Source: Nemertoderma westbladi
Lineage: Eukaryota; Animalia; Xenacoelomorpha
Length of the DNA stretch: 64,000 nucleotides
Assembly: GCA_032718475.1 (NCBI GenBank)
Contig: JAUCBJ010007482.1
Location: 1 to 64,000, forward strand
Direction of reading: 5' to 3'
This document shows positions 37,441 to 50,942 of this stretch, in pieces. Below the pieces are notes generated by a model that ran no database searches, had not been told where the DNA came from, and worked only from the letters and a program-made list of their open reading frames with translations. Both the position numbers and the translations under genes were made by a program. Numbering within the stretch: position 1 is the stretch's first letter; each line of letters starts with the position of its first letter.

Positions 37441-38904
37441 AATGCAAATTTGAAATATTAAAAAGGAGCATTCACATATTTTTCGTTAATTTTTTTCCGT
37501 AATGAAATACTTAGTTACGTCTGAATTTATTATTAATTCATAGTACAATCCATTCTCAGCATCCAGAAAGTTTTCAACTACAAACAGTTTATGAATTCTA
37601 AATTAGCCAATCACAGGCCTCGGTTACTAAGTTGGATTCAAGATGGAATTCCCTAGCTAGCTAAGTAGAACAACCAATCAAACGTGTCTCTGCCTGGGAC
37701 GTACCTTAGCCCTCTGCCTAGGACGGACCTCTTAGCCTAGGACGCACCTAGGATGCACCTCAGGGCCAACTGTTTTTGGGCTGAGCTACGTCAACCAGTG
37801 GGAGTAATAGGAGTAATTATGTACACTAGAAGATTATAAAATCTGGTTTGTCTTAGAAGGTAATATCTAAGTCTCATAATATCTCGAGAACCAGAGAAGC
37901 TATTGTAAAACGGTTTTAATTATCGAAATCAGCGAAGAATTTTGATTTAGTAGCAATTAAAAAAAATTGTCAATTTTTTGAACCTGGAACGATACATTCC
38001 CCTTAAGCAAATAATAGCAGCAGCCTAGCAGAATATCAATAAAATAACGGATAAATATAATTCAATTATTAACAATTAGACTTAGACATTAGACCAGGAC
38101 ATGTAATATTTGCCAGTCATTAAAACATGACTAGCTCATTAAAGCCCTGCTGTAAGGTGTAATTTTACTGCAGCGCAACATGTACACTGTGAGCCAGCAT
38201 CCAACCAACCAAGCTATATACAGTCGGGGTCTCAAAGTGCATCTGTTCTTTGAGATTTTCTCAAAGTTTTTCTAAAAGTGTCTAAAAGTCATTACATTAC
38301 TCCCAACGGCCGCTTTGAATTCTTGTAGACACTTTTAGTTGGGAATCTCAAAGTGATTTCCTGCTTTTAGGCACTTTGAATTCTTTTAGAAATGTCACTT
38401 TTAGGCAGTTAGAGGCACTTTGAATTCTTTGAGAAAATAAACTCCGAGGTATTCGTGATTGACAGCTCGTGGTAAGTTAACTGAGAGGCAGAGGCATTCT
38501 CGGGGAACAATATCTAGTGGGCAACAATGTGATACTTGTGGACTGGCCAGTTGTTGCCTAGAAGCTATTCCCATTAATTTATCACATTGAGATTCCTGAG
38601 GTGATTATGGGATGGGTTTTCGGTCGCAAGTACAAATTGAATTTACGGCGCCCTTTGACAAGCATTCTACGCCCCTACCCCCCCCCCCCCCCCACCCTCC
38701 CCTTCTATTTGGAAATAAAGACCATTTAAAAAAGTCTTTCTAAAAAACATTCTTAAAAATCTAATAATACATGAAACATAATTAGTGTAACAAGATTAAA
38801 TGCTTGACAAAATTGAGTAATTTAATAATAACATAATACAATATAATATTAACAATTAATGTAAGAGACACTGCACTGTAGTATCTCTGTGTATACGCAG
38901 TTTC

Positions 38905-39000
38905 ATTATAATGACCTGAAGAAGCCCTGTTTGGAGAAAGCTTGTAATAACTTTTGTCATTCATTTCATTAGTCATCTGAGGTCAACCCGTACTACCTTA
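38905..39000 (+). other. Possible Penelope-like terminal fragment with a degenerate hammerhead-like motif
   Basis: CTGAAGAAGCCCTGTTTGGAGAAAGCTTG followed by ttagtc..tgaggt. Resembles the CTGAAGAAG...CGAAAGCT motif of Penelope-like short repeats, but stem II is imperfect. Confidence 0.35.
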
Positions 39001-39729
39001 ATTAACTGTTTAATTAATATGATAACTATGTTGACGAGAGCGCGAGAATTCCTTCTTAAAAACGAAACGAAGAAAGGCTTTCAACTTTCAAGTACGATAG
39101 AACGGCTACACTCTTGTGTTGTTTTAACTTAATAGGATATTAAAATAATCCCCTGCCCCTGGCGTTTATATTTGAGCATATTTTAAATGTTTGCCTGATA
39201 TTCAATTGATGTGTACCGCCTTCTGGCAAAGCGGCACCCAGTTTAAGCTATCAATCACAGCTAGCGAGTAGCGACCCACGGACGGCGACCTTCAAACAAA
39301 CAGGTGCAGAGCCGGAAAGAACTGTCGTAGGCTTTGCTTGGCTTGTGGTACCAATTGATTACATAATAGATTTTGGCAGACTGGGCGGTCGCTCTGACCA
39401 TATGTATTGCGCACCAACAATGCCTAAAACATCTATGGGAACAGCCAATTAGTGAGCTCGTATCATTTCTATTTATTCCTGCCTCCATCTTTATTCTTTA
39501 CTTTGTATAACACAATTTACAGTGCGGCAAAGAAGGGCTTGTTGACCATTGAAATGCATTGGTAAAGGAATTCGGCGTTCACATTCCTGAGGCCCTGTGG
39601 GCTAAACAAATTTAAACAGTACTATACATTAATATAGATAGGGCAACAGACAAACTGTCTAAGACACAAATACCAACACATTCCGATAGGCCGCAATTAT
39701 GGCATCTCTAAAAAGTCAAAATATTAATT

Positions 39730-40095
39730 AATAAAGCCTCTCTGAAACAATAAAAACACCTACAAAAAAATACTGCAGTAATAAATATTAGTTACTGCAG
39801 TAACAAATATTTATTACTGCAGTAATAAATATTTATTACTGCAGTAATAAATATTTATTACGGCAGCAACAAATATTTATTACTGCAGTAACAAATATTT
39901 ATTACTGCAGTAATCAATATTAATAAATTAATAAATAATTGAATAAAAATTTCTACTGCGGTAACAAATGATTTGTTACTGCAGAAAAAGAAAATTTTTT
40001 ATTACTGCAGTAATAATTAATTCTTACTTTCAGTGACAAATATTTATTACTGCAGTATTTTTTGGAGGCATATTTATTGTTTTATAGAGGTTTTT
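39730..40095. repeat. Fold-back array of ~21-bp palindromic units tactgcagtaa(t/c)aaatatttat
   Basis: About 10 units, flanked by inverted arms (cctct.tgaaacaataaa / tttattgttttatagagg). Confidence 0.75.
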
Positions 40096-40276
40096 TTACT
40101 TCTATTTTACCCTTTAGTAGTCAAAGTCAATATACCCCATATCATTGCCAGTCTCAGGCAGGACTGTATGAAATGACTGACAGTACTACTTTGAAATCTT
40201 TGAGGACACTTTGTCATGTTCTTGGACTACTTTTAGAACTTTGAAACACTTTTAGTTCTTTGAGAAAATCTCAAAG

Positions 40277-43200
40277 TGTTAGTGTCCCAATGTTGCAATG
40301 GCGTATTGATAAATAAACAACAAAGGTGCAATAGGTAGATATTATATTGCTAAGTTTGATTACAGTTTATTATAGTTATAAAGACACCAGACGAAGGGTT
40401 CAGCCCAACTGCCGTACCTATATTCCTACAATACTGAATCAACTGTCTGACAGTAGATCATACCTACTGCAGAACACACGACTGCACAACTACGTACAAG
40501 ATCACTGAAACATATATATTAACTGATATCCCTATTTTCAGTCTTTACCCAATCAGGCCTAGCCAAGCTAGATACTGTAAAGTATAAACCCGAGTCTAAC
40601 AACTTCCCACCTTTTCTGTCCAGTGTCGTAATAAAAACCTTTCAACAATAGTATGGTTATGATAATCAAATTAGTTAGAACGTATCCAAAAAAACATCCT
40701 ACAGTTCAAACAATAATCCTCAAGCCCACCATTAAAATTTAGATGGCAATTAAATCAGTTATAATGTAGCCATAAAATCATCCTTCGTAACTTTCCTTAT
40801 ACTCTTCTTCGTCATAATATCAGCCAGGTTATGAGCTGAAGTAACCAACTGTAATTCCCACTCTTTCCTCATTAGTCCGTCGCGAATTAACGAGAAATCA
40901 ATGCGTAGTCTCATCTCTGTTGGAGCTCCCTTTTGACCAACTACAGAGTCATATAGTGATTTATTATCAATTACTGCTTTTACAACTGGTTTCTTCCCAA
41001 GGATAGATTTAATGATTTCTGCAATATGAACAGCAGCATCTAAAGAATCCACAAGCTGTATCGTTTCAGCCCCCAAAGCACTTCTCGCAACCCTCTATAA
41101 CTTTGCAGATTTCCAGCTAACAATATTTCCTCCCCAGTAGATAACAAAACCACCCCAGCTAGGAAGATCAAATGAAGCATCAGAATAAACTTCAAGTAGT
41201 GCAATTTCATGATCATTTAAGGACTGTAAATTAATTGAAACTTGCTGATGTTTCAGATAACGAACAAGTTTATTGACATCATTCTGAACTGCTGTTGTAA
41301 TTGGTGCATGCGCTAGAGTTGACAGGCTCCCAACCCAGAATGCAGCATCAGGTCGAATTGATGTAGTAGCCCATGCTATCTTCCCAATTATCTTCCTGAA
41401 AGATGTATTATCATTTTTCTCAATATCCACTTGAAGTTCATGAATTCCATCAATGTATTTGTATTGTTGTAGCTCAACACTTCCATCTTTAAATCTTACC
41501 TCTATCCCTAACACCTTAATCCACTCCTCATTCAGAGATATCTGCCTTCCAATTGTTAAAGTATTTCCAATATCATGCAAAACAGATAGAAAATGATCAT
41601 TACCAGCTGCAATAATATCATCAACATGAATTGTAACTAGCCCTATTACGGATCTATTGGTCTCTGCTGTAAAAATAAACAAGCCATCATCACCAGGGCA
41701 TACCGTACCACCACGGTTTACAATCTCCTCTGACAGTTTTTCATACCACAACCGTGGTGCATCTGGCAGACCATAAACACACTTCCTCAGCTTCCTTATG
41801 TAACCAGGATTAATAAGATCATCTGGGAGGACTACATAAATATCACGATTAAGAGGTTTCCCCTGAAGGAATGCAGTTTTCATGTCAAGATATTCAGGGC
41901 ACCACTTATAAGTAGCCGCTATTATGAATAAAATACGTAATGACAGTTTTGAACAAGTTGGAGAATATGATATTGGGTCATCGCTATCTTGAAACCCACG
42001 TGCTACCAACCTAGCTTTACAATATTGTCCATTTGGGCCATCTTTCAATGTTAGAACCCACTTAGTGGATATAATATTATTATTTGTAGCATCACCAATT
42101 GGAATTTCATCAAATACATCATGTAAACGCCACTGATGAACTTCCTGTAACCTTGCTTCTCTGTAGGAATCAACTTTATGTTCTGTTTCATTCCCTGGAG
42201 AATTAGCATCCATTGAAGATAGTTGGGCCTCATGTAAATAATCAGGCATTGAACCATCATTAATCCTATTACGAAGAGGATAGGACTTTGTAATTGGTCC
42301 AGTAGAAACTGGATTACTATTATCATTAGAAGAATCATTTGGTGACTCTTGGTGTAGATCATCAGTGTGAGTATCATTATACTCACTACCAGTATCAGTA
42401 TCATCAACAGCAGGTTGTACTTCAGCCGCAGGGATATTGGTTAGTTTCTTAGTATCGCTATCAGTACTGGTGGCTGGTGGAACTAATACAATAGGGCGAA
42501 CAAAATTCCTATGACAACGTAGATACTGACCACTTTGTTTTATCAGATACTCAACTCCATCAAATGCAGCAACAGAACCAGGACCTTTCCACTGATGTGT
42601 TCTATTGGAATAATAGTACACCTTATCACCAGGAGAGCTAGAAACAACTGATTGACGAACATTGTGTACTAATGCACGACGTATTTTAGATGATGCCTCA
42701 ACTGTTGCATATTCCTGTCGGAACTCGATTCAATATAGCCAGGTAATCCTCTACTGTATGAGCAGAAGTACAACTCTGATCCAAAGCAGACAACCGATCT
42801 GTTAATAGGCTATTTAAGTAGGGTCCTTTACCAAATACAATGTGATGTGGAGAATACCCATTATGGTTGGGCCAAGAATTCTTTGCTAGACAAACAAGTC
42901 GTAGCAACTTACTATCCCCTAATGTTGGATCATCCAACTTCATCTTCTCATATATTGATTTAATGACTGCATTATGACGTTCTACTATACCATTCGAAAA
43001 TGGGCAATATGGTACAGTAGTATTATGTTGAATATTAAGTTTCTCACAAAGTTCAGAGAAGACCTGATTTACAAATTCACCCCCATTATCTGATAAGATT
43101 TTTCTAGGTTGGGCAAAAATCATAATCCAGATATCCAACAAAGTATCCTCAATAGCTACAGCTGTTTTGTTAATGACTGGACTTGCCATACTATATCTGC

Positions 43201-45827
43201 TAAACATGTCAATAACATGCAATGCCCAGTGACATGAATCAGGAATTTGAAACAAATCTACAGCCAATATGTCGTTAAATGCTGAGCCAAGGGGAAGGGA
43301 AACAATTGGCTTTGCTGGAGGTTTTGAAATTTGCTTGCAGGTAGTACAGTTATCTATAGCCTTTCGAATATAATCATTATCACATTCAATGCCAGATTGT
43401 TTTATAAGTTTCTGTAAAGGAGAAAAACTAATATGACCGAATTGCTTATGCAATTTCTGCACTTGAATGTACGATAATGTTTGCTTGGTATCACTATTAG
43501 TGAATACTTCTGCTTCAGTATGTTTCTGGACATAAATAACTTGATGACCACCATGAATACTCAACGAAATACTCTCTCCATTAATAACCAACATATTCTC
43601 TGCAATATGTAACACACTATTAAGACGGGATAAAGTAGCACATGAAATAAGTAATGGAATGTGACTATCAATAATATCAACCATTATACTATAACAAGTT
43701 GATCCAAACCACAATGGAAGAATCACACTATATAGCTACCTTTATTTCACCACCTCCAAATCTAAACACAGTATTAGCATCAGAGTGTATTTGTGCTTGG
43801 ACAACTGTGGATAAATCAATCTTAGTAAATGCTAGATAACTATCTAACCAAGCTTCACATCCAACTGTGCGCGTACATCCAGTATCAATAATCATGAATG
43901 GAATAGAAGGTTCAACTATGTATGAAGCTTCAACTTCAAACTCAATACATACATCATTACCAGAGAAATCATCCACATCTCCAAATGAAACAGAATCACA
44001 AAATTTACATCTGGATACCTCACTCTTGTGTGGACAGGCAGCAGCAAAGTGCATGAATGAAGCACAGATATGACAGCGAGGCTTATTACGATGTGGGCAA
44101 TAGGATGCCCAATGCATACTGGAAGAACAAATTCTACAAGGATTCTTGATACTAGGCTGACCAAGCCCACTATGAGCCTCATTTACCTGACTCAGTTTCT
44201 GTGATGCAGGGTTAGCAGGTACCTGCATAGCAGCTGTTGTTGAAAACTTACGGTTGGGCCTGGCCCAGTAAGTGTCTGCCATATTTTCATATTGTTCAGG
44301 ATCAGGATTGACAGTTCTTTCAGAAGGTTGACTGCAACTGCAAGAGCACTTGCAAAAGTTATTTCCAGTATAGAATGTGGGTTCAGTCTTTATTTGTGAA
44401 ATATTTGGCTGCGTAAAAAGCATAGTTGGCTCCTCTTTAGAATTTGAACAAACATTAGCAAACATCCTTAGAAGATTATCACGAACTTTATCTTGCTGTA
44501 GCTCAGTTGTTCCCAATATTAGTCGTTTCTCATATTCAGGAAGGTTTGCACAGTCAATAAGGCTGGCAGATATAACCTTATCGCTTAATTTAATGTCATA
44601 TATCTCTAATCTCCTCAACCGTTGATCAAAATCAGAAATAAATTCTCGCATATTTTGACCCGGTGGCCTATTAAATGATTTGAATTTTACAAAGCTCTCA
44701 TAAGCTGATTCAACTGATGTTTGTTTAAATACCTTATCTAAAACCTCAAGAACTTTACTGAGCCCATCATCATGATCCAATGTTTCAATGTCCAAATCTA
44801 GAACACGGTCCTTAGCTCTGCCCTTTAGTTTTCTAACAATTGCTAGCCCTCGTTTCTTTTTCCCCAAATCTGTAAGGCGAGCCCAAATATCTACTTCTTT
44901 CCGCCATTTCTCATAGTCAGTAACATTTGGTTCAAATTCAGGAGGCTCCTTGTAGCTTTTAATACTGCTATAATCGGCATCAGTTGCCATATCCCCTTTC
45001 AGGGTGTCCGTCCACCACGATTCTGAATAGATGAGTACCGGTAGTGCTCCCCTGATATCTGATATTCACACTACTGCACTAGTGCAGCAGTAAAAGTATA
45101 TATCATACCCTCTACCTCGGTATATTCAGATATTAGTTGTTCAGCAGTTACGAATTACAGAATTGACCCACTGATGTAGAATCATGAATGTGTAGTGGTA
45201 TACAGGCGCAGATGCTTCCAACTACCGGCAGACCGGTATGGTATGTTCTATAAAAGCTGTAAGTTCTAAGCCTAATACTGAAATGATGTAACCAGTACCG
45301 GTACCAGTGACCAGTTGCCAGTAGGCTAATGCTTTTGCACTTGTGCTTGCCAGTTAGCCTAATGCAGTAATGACTTGAATGACTGAAGGATGTGATCTTT
45401 TTCCAACCTGTTACTGTGTTATTATATCTCTCCACTCCTGCATGAATCTGTCTGTATCACGGATCACCATTTTCATTTTTGGGTTGACGCTCTGCTACCA
45501 TTGTTAGTGTCCCAATGTTGCAATGGCGTATTGATAAATAAACAACAAAGGTGCAATAGGTAGATATTATATTGCTAAGTTTGATTACAGTTTATTATAG
45601 TTATAAAGACACCAGACGAAGGGTTCAGCCCCAACTCCCGTACCTATATTCCTACAACACTGAATCAACTGTCTGACAGTAGATCATACCTACTGCAGAA
45701 CACACGACTGCACAACTACGTACAAGATCACTGAAACATATATATTAACTGATATCCCTATTTTCAGTCTTTACCCAATCAGGCCTAGCCAAGCTAGATA
45801 CTGTAAAGTATAAACCCGAGTCTAACA
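40277..45827 (-). mobile_element. Full-length Ty1/Copia LTR retrotransposon, GalEa-like
   Basis: TG..CA LTRs at 40277-40601 and 45502-45827 (~3 differences). 5-bp TSD CAAAG. PBS TGGTAGCAGAGC (initiator tRNA-Met) and PPT AGAAAAGGTGGGAAG. Domain order gag-PR-IN-RT-RH. Confidence 0.97.
40759..44990 (-). pseudogene. pol: Copia gag-pol with two frameshifts (~43727, ~42715) and a nonsense codon (41095-41097)
   Basis: Gag YEKWRKEVDIW plus CCHC knuckles; PR IIDTGCT; IN HKQFGH..CTTC, VDLF, SDNGGEF, NGIVER; RT KARLVARGF, YGLPDAPRLW, HVDD; RNase H YSDASF, NLADIMTK. Confidence 0.95.
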
Positions 45828-47619
45828 CAAAGAACAGATGCACTTTGAGACCCCGACTGTATATTAAATCAACCGTAATAGAATGATACAGCCAATGGGA
45901 GGTAGGACATGTGTATAATGGCACTGATTGGGCGTTAAAACCCTCAGTAAAGCATGGCTTAACTGAAACAGGCAATATTATATAGTAACCAACTTTATCA
46001 ATGAAAAATGGTGTATTGAGCTTAAAATTAGTAAAATAAGTAATCTAAAAGGCTAAGTTCACACGTGCAGCAACATGGCTTATTGCTGGACGGAAAATAG
46101 TGTGTACTAAGCCTTTATGAATTAGAGATTAATGTAGTCTGGTAACATCATACTTGACGATCTGGACATGGTCCACGAGGAGGATGACGCTACGTTTTTT
46201 CGGAAGATTTGGGTACTATGACCTACACGATGCTGCGAATTTATCCAAAATATCCCAGAATACACCAAAATACCCCATAACAATTCAAAAATACCTGATT
46301 AACAGTGAGCTGGAAAGGGAACGGAACAGGTTACAGTTTTTGGGGTATTTTCGAACTATTTTGGGGTCTTTTGGTATCTTTTGGGTTTTTTTTGGTAATT
46401 CGTAGGACCGAGAGCTTCTGCCTAAGAAATTCAAGGATACAGTGAAAACGTTTGTGACACTTTTTTCAAATAAAACAAATTGGATATAAAAATAACGTAA
46501 CGTTATCGAATGAAGGGGGTGGGAATGTGGGACGATACTCCTTACCATGCTGGGCGGGGTGTATACAAAACATGATAGTGTAGTGTTTGCATTGTATATT
46601 TGATATGTATTATTGGACGTTTGTTATTCCTTATACACAATATTTATGAATAATTTCATCGGTTGTCTCCTACAGCTACTAACATCTACATAAATTACTG
46701 TAACAAATACTGTAGTTCCCAACACCATGTACAGTACAGTACTGTATGTATAAGTACAGGAGGCGTTAAAACATCGTAATTTCAAGCAGTCACTGATTGT
46801 TAAGCAATATGGACTACCAAGGGTAGTTCTTTTTACAGAACACAAGCGAACACACAAGAACACACCCGAACACACTCCAAGAGCACAAAAAATAACACCG
46901 TGTACCAACTTTTAGATAAAATTAGCTATGCGTTGTTTTTCTATAAGAAAATTTCCGAAATTATTGAATAAATTGTCGCGAAATTAAATAATCATTAAAT
47001 ATTCATTTCTTTATCAGGTAGGCCTATTATTTGTTGTGTACTGCTGTACTGTATAACAAACTATGTAGGGAAGCCTACCGGGTACAGTACCTGTCACATA
47101 TATAGTACTGTAATAGCGGGTTAGCTAATAGGCCTGTTTGCCGGTACGTACTAAAAGGTAGAACGATCTATAACGGGCTATAACTTTCCTATAACAAGCT
47201 ATAACCACCTATAACGAGCTATAATCTGAAAATTTACAATAAAAAAACCTATTTTAGAATGGATTTATTTTCCTAGACAGTAATTTATTACGCAATTTGG
47301 TTTTTTAGTCCATAATGCTTTTCATCTTTGTGGTCATCAGTCAGCGAAATCAGTCATTTACTGAATTAGTCAGCATGCCACTACTGCATTTTCTGACTAT
47401 CAGACAGTGCCGCAGTGGAGAGGTCTCACATCTCTCTGTCTATCCTCCATCCTGCTGCTATCCGCTGTCAGCTTCTGGTCGATTAGAATACAGGAATATA
47501 GTGAGCAATATAGGCCAATAAAATAAACTTACCAGTATCAATTAGGCATCAGTATTTTTCAGACCACCGTGTTAATCCAAAACTTAAACACACCCAAGGG
47601 GCGTATTTTTAGTGTAAAT

Positions 47620-49580
47620 TGTTGGATGGAAAGGTGTAAAGGTTCTGACAAACTGTTTTATTATCTTCTCTCTAGTGGTATATAAATGAAACTGTAAGTG
47701 AGATTAGTAGATATATTTACATGTGCCATCCTGCGGTTGATATTAGTATTTGTATTAGTCTAACAATACCCCCTCGCATTGAATGATACTTGCACTAACG
47801 TAACGCTACGTTTGTATAACACACTCATGCAAATATATCTCGCGTAATTATTTAATAATATATATATCTAAATATGTATAGTGTATTGTTTTCCACTTCT
47901 TAAAGTTTTTGTAACCGTATTAGTTCGTGGTGGATGATCTGTGTTCTGCGATACGGGTTGTATTATTTCTTCCCTTTCTCCTTCTCGACGTTGATGTGTC
48001 ATTCCTTCTTGTAATCGACTTAATCTTGGTTGTCTATTTGTAGATGGAGGATCAATTCTGGCGCATTCTCTATTTTCACTGTAACATAAATTACGCATCG
48101 TATTTACGCAATCCCTTTGCAAAATCCTCGTAATTTTGATGTACATTCATGTAATTGTTCATTGCTGAATTTGTTTTTGTATATTTCGTATGATATGGCA
48201 CTGTGTTTTGCCCCTGGATCAAATTCCATTGTAAGAGGTATTTCATTAATTCGTGTTTGTAATACGATCGAATCCACTTTTGGAAGCTGTACTTTATCTA
48301 TGGTATGTGGATCGCTTATTTCCGTACTTTGCAAATATATGTTATCGTTGTTTCCTTCATTGTATCTCCCATAACATTCTCAATGTCTACAGCATGGGAT
48401 GTAGGTTTTTTGTCCTGAAAGCGAACACTTTTAGTCTTTTGTTTTTTAATGCACGCTTTTTCTACATGACCTTTTATGTTGCAAAATGAGCAAACAATGT
48501 TAGGATTTAGTCGACAATGGTTTGATTTGTGTCCTTGTTTCCCACACCGATAACATGTTATAGAATATTGATTGCAATTTTCGGTAGATTTGTAAGGTTT
48601 ATATGAAGGAGATCTTACCTTTGTATGGCGATATTTATCTTTTGGAAATCCTGAACTTTGTGTAGTGACGCGAAACGTGTCAAATTCTGGTTTCCTACCT
48701 GATTGTGCCACTTTATATGCCTCTTCATAATTTTTTGCTGTACAGTAACCAAAGCTTCTGAAAATGAAATGTCTTTCGCGTGTATTAGTTCTGCTGCAAC
48801 ATGTTCGTCTCGTACCCCGGCAATTAGTTGTTCTCGTAAACGGTCATCTAATGCTTCTTGAAATTCGCAATTTCTTGAAATATTTCTTAGACGTTTGGCG
48901 AAATCCGTGATGTTTTCTCCCGATGTCTCAGTCGCTTGTATGAATCGTTTTCTTTCGACTTCTTTTGATTTACCTTTTCTGAAATATTTTGTAAGTGATT
49001 TTTCTAAATTTTCGAATGGTTCTTTAGAAATGTCTGCTGGAAACATCAAATCAGATAGTAAATCTAAAGTTTGTAAACCACAATTGGCGATGAACATGTT
49101 TGTTTCAGCCTGTAATATTTCGTTCGGTTCCATTAAATTTCCATCGGCTCTTCTCCATGTAGTTGTACGTAGAATTGTATTGAACATTAATAGATAAGTG
49201 TCCCATCTATCTGAATCTGGATTAAATGCCTTGCAAATGTTTGTAAATTTAGTTCCCATTGCAGGTGCATTTGCCATTCTCGTAAGTTTGTACCGTAATT
49301 TGAGTTTGAGTTACACAATCACAATTAATTATCAAAGTTAATTTGATTTGTAAGATTTCAAATTGTAATTTGAAATTAAATTATGTAATTAATATATGTA
49401 AAATGTGAATGTGAATCTGTACTCGCAGCGCCAATGTTGGATGGAAAGGTGTAAAGGTTCTGACAAACTGTTTTATTATCTTCTCTCTAGTGGTATATAA
49501 ATGAAACTGTAAGTGAGATTAGTAGATATATTTAGATGCGACATCCTGCGGTTGATATTAGTATTTGTATTAGTCTAACA
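47620..49580 (-). mobile_element. 1.96-kb non-autonomous Ty3/Gypsy (Mag-like) element, Gag-PR only
   Basis: 146-bp TG..CA LTRs at 47620-47765 and 49435-49580 (3 differences). 5-bp TSD TAAAT. PBS TGGCGCTGCGAG (tRNA-Ser-like) and PPT GAGGGGG. Confidence 0.95.
47868..49277 (-). pseudogene. gag: Frameshifted Mag-like gag + protease + pol C-terminal tail
   Basis: FAKRLRNISRNCEF..LDDRLREQLIAGV; knuckles CYRCGKQGHKSNHC and CSFCNIKGHVEKAC; protease-like MEFDPGAKHSAIS; tail TLRSGKQY. No RT, RNase H or integrase. Confidence 0.88.
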
Positions 49581-50562
49581 TAAATTTTCATATTATAGCT
49601 CGTTATAGGTGATTATAGCTTGTTCATAGGAAGTTGTTATAGCCCAATATAGATCGTTATAGCCCGTTATAGATCGCTCTACCTTTTAGTACGTACCCTG
49701 CTTGCCTGTGTACTGGAATAGCTTGGTCTGGAACTGATTGCTGAGGATATGAATTAGGATGTTAGGCCCGCTACCGTACGTACTGTACATGACGTACGGT
49801 ACAACATACAGTAGGTACCGATACCTGTACCTACTGTACCTGCCTACTGCTGCACTGGAATATAAAGAGCTGGGTCCAGGTTAGGTACCTACACTGGCAG
49901 AGTGGCAGGTACCGGTAGGGATCTCTGTCCCGGTGCTAATCATTAACTTAGGCCTACTACTACTGTATGTTAAATTATTAGTTGTCGGCTTAGGCTAGGC
50001 CTGATCTGATAAGAAATGAATATTTAATTTCGCGATGATTTTATTCAATAATTTCGGGAATTTTCTTATAGAAAAGCAACGCGTGGCTAATTTTATCTAA
50101 AAGTTGGTACCTGGTGTTATTTTTTTGTGAAATTAACAAATTTTGAATGATTTGGCACAGGCATAGTGAAATTAACTGTCCGACAGTCCAGAAATCAACA
50201 AATTTTGAATGTTTTGGCATAGGCATGTTGAAATCAACTGTCTGACAGTCCAGAAATCAGCAGTCTGACAGTTTGAAGAAATACATACCTAAAAAGTCAT
50301 TAAAGGGACAACAAAAGTCATTATGCACAATTCGTAAAAAAAAGGCGGACAAAAAAGTCAAATAAATGGACGTAAAATATCTCTGCCAAGTTTTATTGCG
50401 TCCAGTCTCCCCCACTATCTGGCATAATCTTGTGCTTAGTCGGCCTTATAGTGGACAACCCATGACTTTCTTGTGACGCATCTTAAAGGAAACTGGCCAT
50501 GAAGATGCGGATGATCTAGCAATGTCATGGGTGATATGGAGTTGTGGGCGATGTTTTGATGT

Positions 50563-50942
50563 TAGGACAATTGCAAACTGGACAATTGCGACACGGACAA
50601 TTGCGACCCGGACAATTGCGACCCGGACAATTGCGACCCATGATTTTGGGAAAAAATGATGGGTCGCAATTGACCGGGTCGCAATTGTCCGGTTCGCAAT
50701 TGACCAGGTCGCGATTGTCCGGGTCGCAATTGTCCGTATCCAGATAAAAAGATGTAATGTATATCATTGATAAATATCATTGTATCATTGTATATCATTG
50801 ACAATTGCGACCCGACAATTGCGACCCGGACAATTGCGACCTGGAAAATTGCGATCCATAATTTTTATTTATAAACATGGGTCGCAATTGACCGGGTCGC
50901 AATTGTCCGGGTTGCAATTGTCCGGGTCGCAATTTTCCGGAC
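50563..50942. repeat. MITE-like double fold-back built from 15-bp ggacaattgcgaccc units
   Basis: Forward arrays at 50565-50640 and 50798-50855; inverted arrays at 50660-50735 and 50878-50940. Confidence 0.85.

Larger units (their letters stand above)
38221..45859. mobile_element. Non-autonomous Tc1/mariner-like element (~2.1 kb without the nested Copia)
   Basis: TIR CAGTCGGGGTCTCAAAGTGCATCTGTTCTTTGAGATTTTCTCAAAG with TA flanks. The right TIR is split by the Copia (40258-40276 + 45828-45859). Confidence 0.9.
47143..49697. mobile_element. Non-autonomous MULE-like element
   Basis: TIR GGTACGTACTAAAAGGTAGA.CGATCTATAACGGGCTATAAC. 9-bp TSD CTGTTTGCC / CTGCTTGCC (47134-47142, 49698-49706). Confidence 0.82.
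46886..50126. mobile_element. TIR element with ~130-bp inverted arms enclosing two nested elements
   Basis: 46886-47017 (gtaccaacttttagataaaattagc...attcatttctttatcag) is the reverse complement of ~50005-50126. Exact termini and TSD not resolved. Confidence 0.65.
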
